A stretch of DNA of 63,213 nucleotides, counting the filler, from Octopus bimaculoides (taxonomy: Eukaryota): the NCBI RefSeq assembly GCF_001194135.2. It is 7 parts of 6 records of this genome, joined end to end, with 100 filler letters (N's around TTAATTAATTAA, not from the genome) between each part and the next. Parts side by side here need not be neighbours in the genome. Positions count along the whole stretch, not along the records: positions 60,537 to 63,213 come from NC_068990.1; 6 more parts are not named here. One strand, written 5' to 3'. The notes under the pieces were generated by a model. The model worked only from the letters and a program-made list of their open reading frames with translations, was not told the DNA's origin and ran no database searches. Shown here piece after piece: positions 60,844 to 63,213 of this stretch. A program made the position numbers and the translations under genes. The first letter of the stretch is position 1. Each line of letters starts with the position of its first letter.

Positions 60844-63213
60844 NNNNNNNNNNNNNNNNNNNNNNNNNNNNNNNNNNNNNNNNNNNNNNNNNNNNNNNNN
60901 NNNNNNNNNNNNNNNNNNNNNNNNNNNNNNNNNNNNNNNNNNNNNNNNNNNNNNNNNNNNNNNNNNNNNNNNNNNNNNNNNNNNNNNNNNNNNNNNNNNN
61001 NNNNNNNNNNNNNNNNNNNNNNNNNNNNNNNNNNNNNNNNNNNNNNNNNNNNNNNNNNNNNNNNNNNNNNNNNNNNNNNNNNNNNNNNNNNNNNNNNNNN
61101 NNNNNNNNNNNNNNNNNNNNNNNNNNNNNNNNNNNNNNNNNNNNNNNNNNNNNNNNNNNNNNNNNNNNNNNNNNNNNNNNNNNNNNNNNNNNNNNNNNNN
61201 NNNNNNNNNNNNNNNNNNNNNNNNNNNNNNNNNNNNNNNNNNNNNNNNNNNNNNNNNNNNNNNNNNNNNNNNNNNNNNNNNNNNNNNNNNNNNNNNNNNN
61301 NNNNNNNNNNNNNNNNNNNNNNNNNNNNNNNNNNNNNNNNNNNNNNNNNNNNNNNNNNNNNNNNNNNNNNNNNNNNNNNNNNNNNNNNNNNNNNNNNNNN
61401 NNNNNNNNNNNNNNNNNNNNNNNNNNNNNNNNNNNNNNNNNNNNNNNNNNNNNNNNNNNNNNNNNNNNNNNNNNNNNNNNNNNNNNNNNNNNNNNNNNNN
61501 NNNNNNNNNNNNNNNNNNNNNNNNNNNNNNNNNNNNNNNNNNNNNNNNNNNNNNNNNNNNNNNNNNNNNNNNNNNNNNNNNNNNNNNNNNNNNNNNNNNN
61601 NNNNNNNNNNNNNNNNNNNNNNNNNNNNNNNNNNNNNNNNNNNNNNNNNNNNNNNGCTTTCTGGGACAGGAGAGTACGAAGATGGTCGGTATGTATGTGT
61701 ATGTGAGTGTGTGCGTGTAATAGCGTGTGAATGTATGGTAGCGTGTGCGTAAGTGTGGCAGTATCTGCCTGTGTGTGTATACGTGGTAGCCTGTGTGCGT
61801 GTGGCATTAACTCTTTGCGTGTGTGTGGTGTGTACGGTATGTGTGTGGTAGCGCGCGTGTGTGTGGTAGTGCGTATGGTTGCTAGATTTTATGTTTATTA
61901 CTCCTCTATTCACTTACGCTTTCACCCTCCATCTTCGCTGGAATCTATCATTCTCTATTCTTCTCAAATTAACAGGGCGCTTATTAATCTTCACCTAGTT
62001 GTCATCTCTTCTGGTGTTTACATCCCTCGCTTTCCAGTATTTTCAAGTTTTTAACGTTCTGCTTGATTATCTCCCCTCTTTGGCCGTCGTCCAGCACATG
62101 TCACTTATGACATCTTCCATTTTCCAACATTTCCCTCTTCCTATCTCTAACTACTCATACACTATGTATTTGCTACCCTCAGGAAACAGTTCTCACTAGC
62201 CAATGGTTCTGCCAGAAATATTGAGCTTTACTACTTCCTCATGACAAAGCAATTTATTCTACTTTTGAAGTATTTATCATAAAATGACAAGATAATCACA
62301 GCTGGAATGCCTTTGAATATTGTTCTACGCAATCAAGACTGACCTACTCCGTACACAGCAACGACGACGATGACTACCTCAACATATAGGTTGCAATGTC
62401 AACTACCAGTTATCACTCCCAACCGATAGACACCATACAGATTTCTAAGAATTGTAAATTAAACGAATGTGGCAATTGCTTCTAATAACTCTCGTCAAGC
62501 TGCCATATTGGTTTTTCTAATTCGCGTCAAACGTCCATATTGATTCATTTAATACCCGTTAAACCTCCTTATTGATTCTATTAATTCCTGTTAAACATTT
62601 ATATTGCTTCTTCTAATTCTCATTAAACCTCTGTAGACGATATAATCAGTGATGAAGCATAAGTAAATTTAATGGAAATCGCTTGAGACAAAGTAGAGAA
62701 GTTAATTAAGGTAAAATAAATCGACGACGTTGTAATATCAAATATATTTGTTTTAGAGTATCATCACAAACAGTGTTTATATAACGTTATCAGACGTTAT
62801 GTTTCCCATTGCTGTTGTTGTCACCTCCGACTGAGAAGATCCGTAAGCAAGGGGGATAACAACAATAACAATTTCATCTGTTTTACAGCTAACAACTCAC
62901 CAACAGCATATCTCTAGATGTGCTACTTCAAAATTGTTAGTGTAACCTGACTTATATCTATGCACATGGACACACACACACACATTCACACACACACGCA
63001 CACACACACGCAAACACGCACATACATACATGCATAAGTTGACTCACCAGTGCTAGACAAAAACACAAAAGAAATAAAACAAGTGAAAGGATTTAAACAG
63101 TGTTCGATCATTTCCTAAGGAATATTGCTTCTTTAATATCTGTATATAAACAAAGAAAAAATACCTCCGTCACTTCCGACTAATTTTTCTATCATAATTA
63201 ACACCCCCCCCCC

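Overview
Eukaryotic, repeat-dominated DNA, most likely an Octopus genome. This is inferred from the tRNA-derived SINE families, dense (AT)n/(AC)n/(ATT)n microsatellites, and a gapped assembly with artificial N44-TTAATTAATTAA-N44 joins. The only host-gene sequence I can support is two consecutive in-phase minus-strand exons of an axonemal inner-arm dynein heavy chain (AAA2-AAA3 linker, DNAH12-like) at 20041-20229 and 17086-17231. Bases 1-12056 are a head-to-tail array of diverged Tx1/L1-clade non-LTR retroelements: the head of unit D, decayed units A and B with ORF1+ORF2, and an ORF1-only unit C. The units join at precise tail-to-head junctions without poly(A). Unit A carries a solo LTR in ORF1. 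The rest is SINEs, LINE fragments (RTE, R4-like, HERO-like, Penelope-like), DNA transposons (DD37D, mariner, hAT and piggyBac-like MITEs), microsatellites and gaps. Most interesting: (1) the apparently self-targeting Tx1 array, whose 3' tail is shared with a SINE family; (2) an 822-bp insertion with a 12-bp TSD that joins a tRNA-like Pol III head to inverted Penelope-type repeats carrying minimal hammerhead ribozymes; (3) a CpG-decay boundary near 21-22 kb, visible by comparing copies of the same SINE. All family names come from motif recognition and memory, not database searches.
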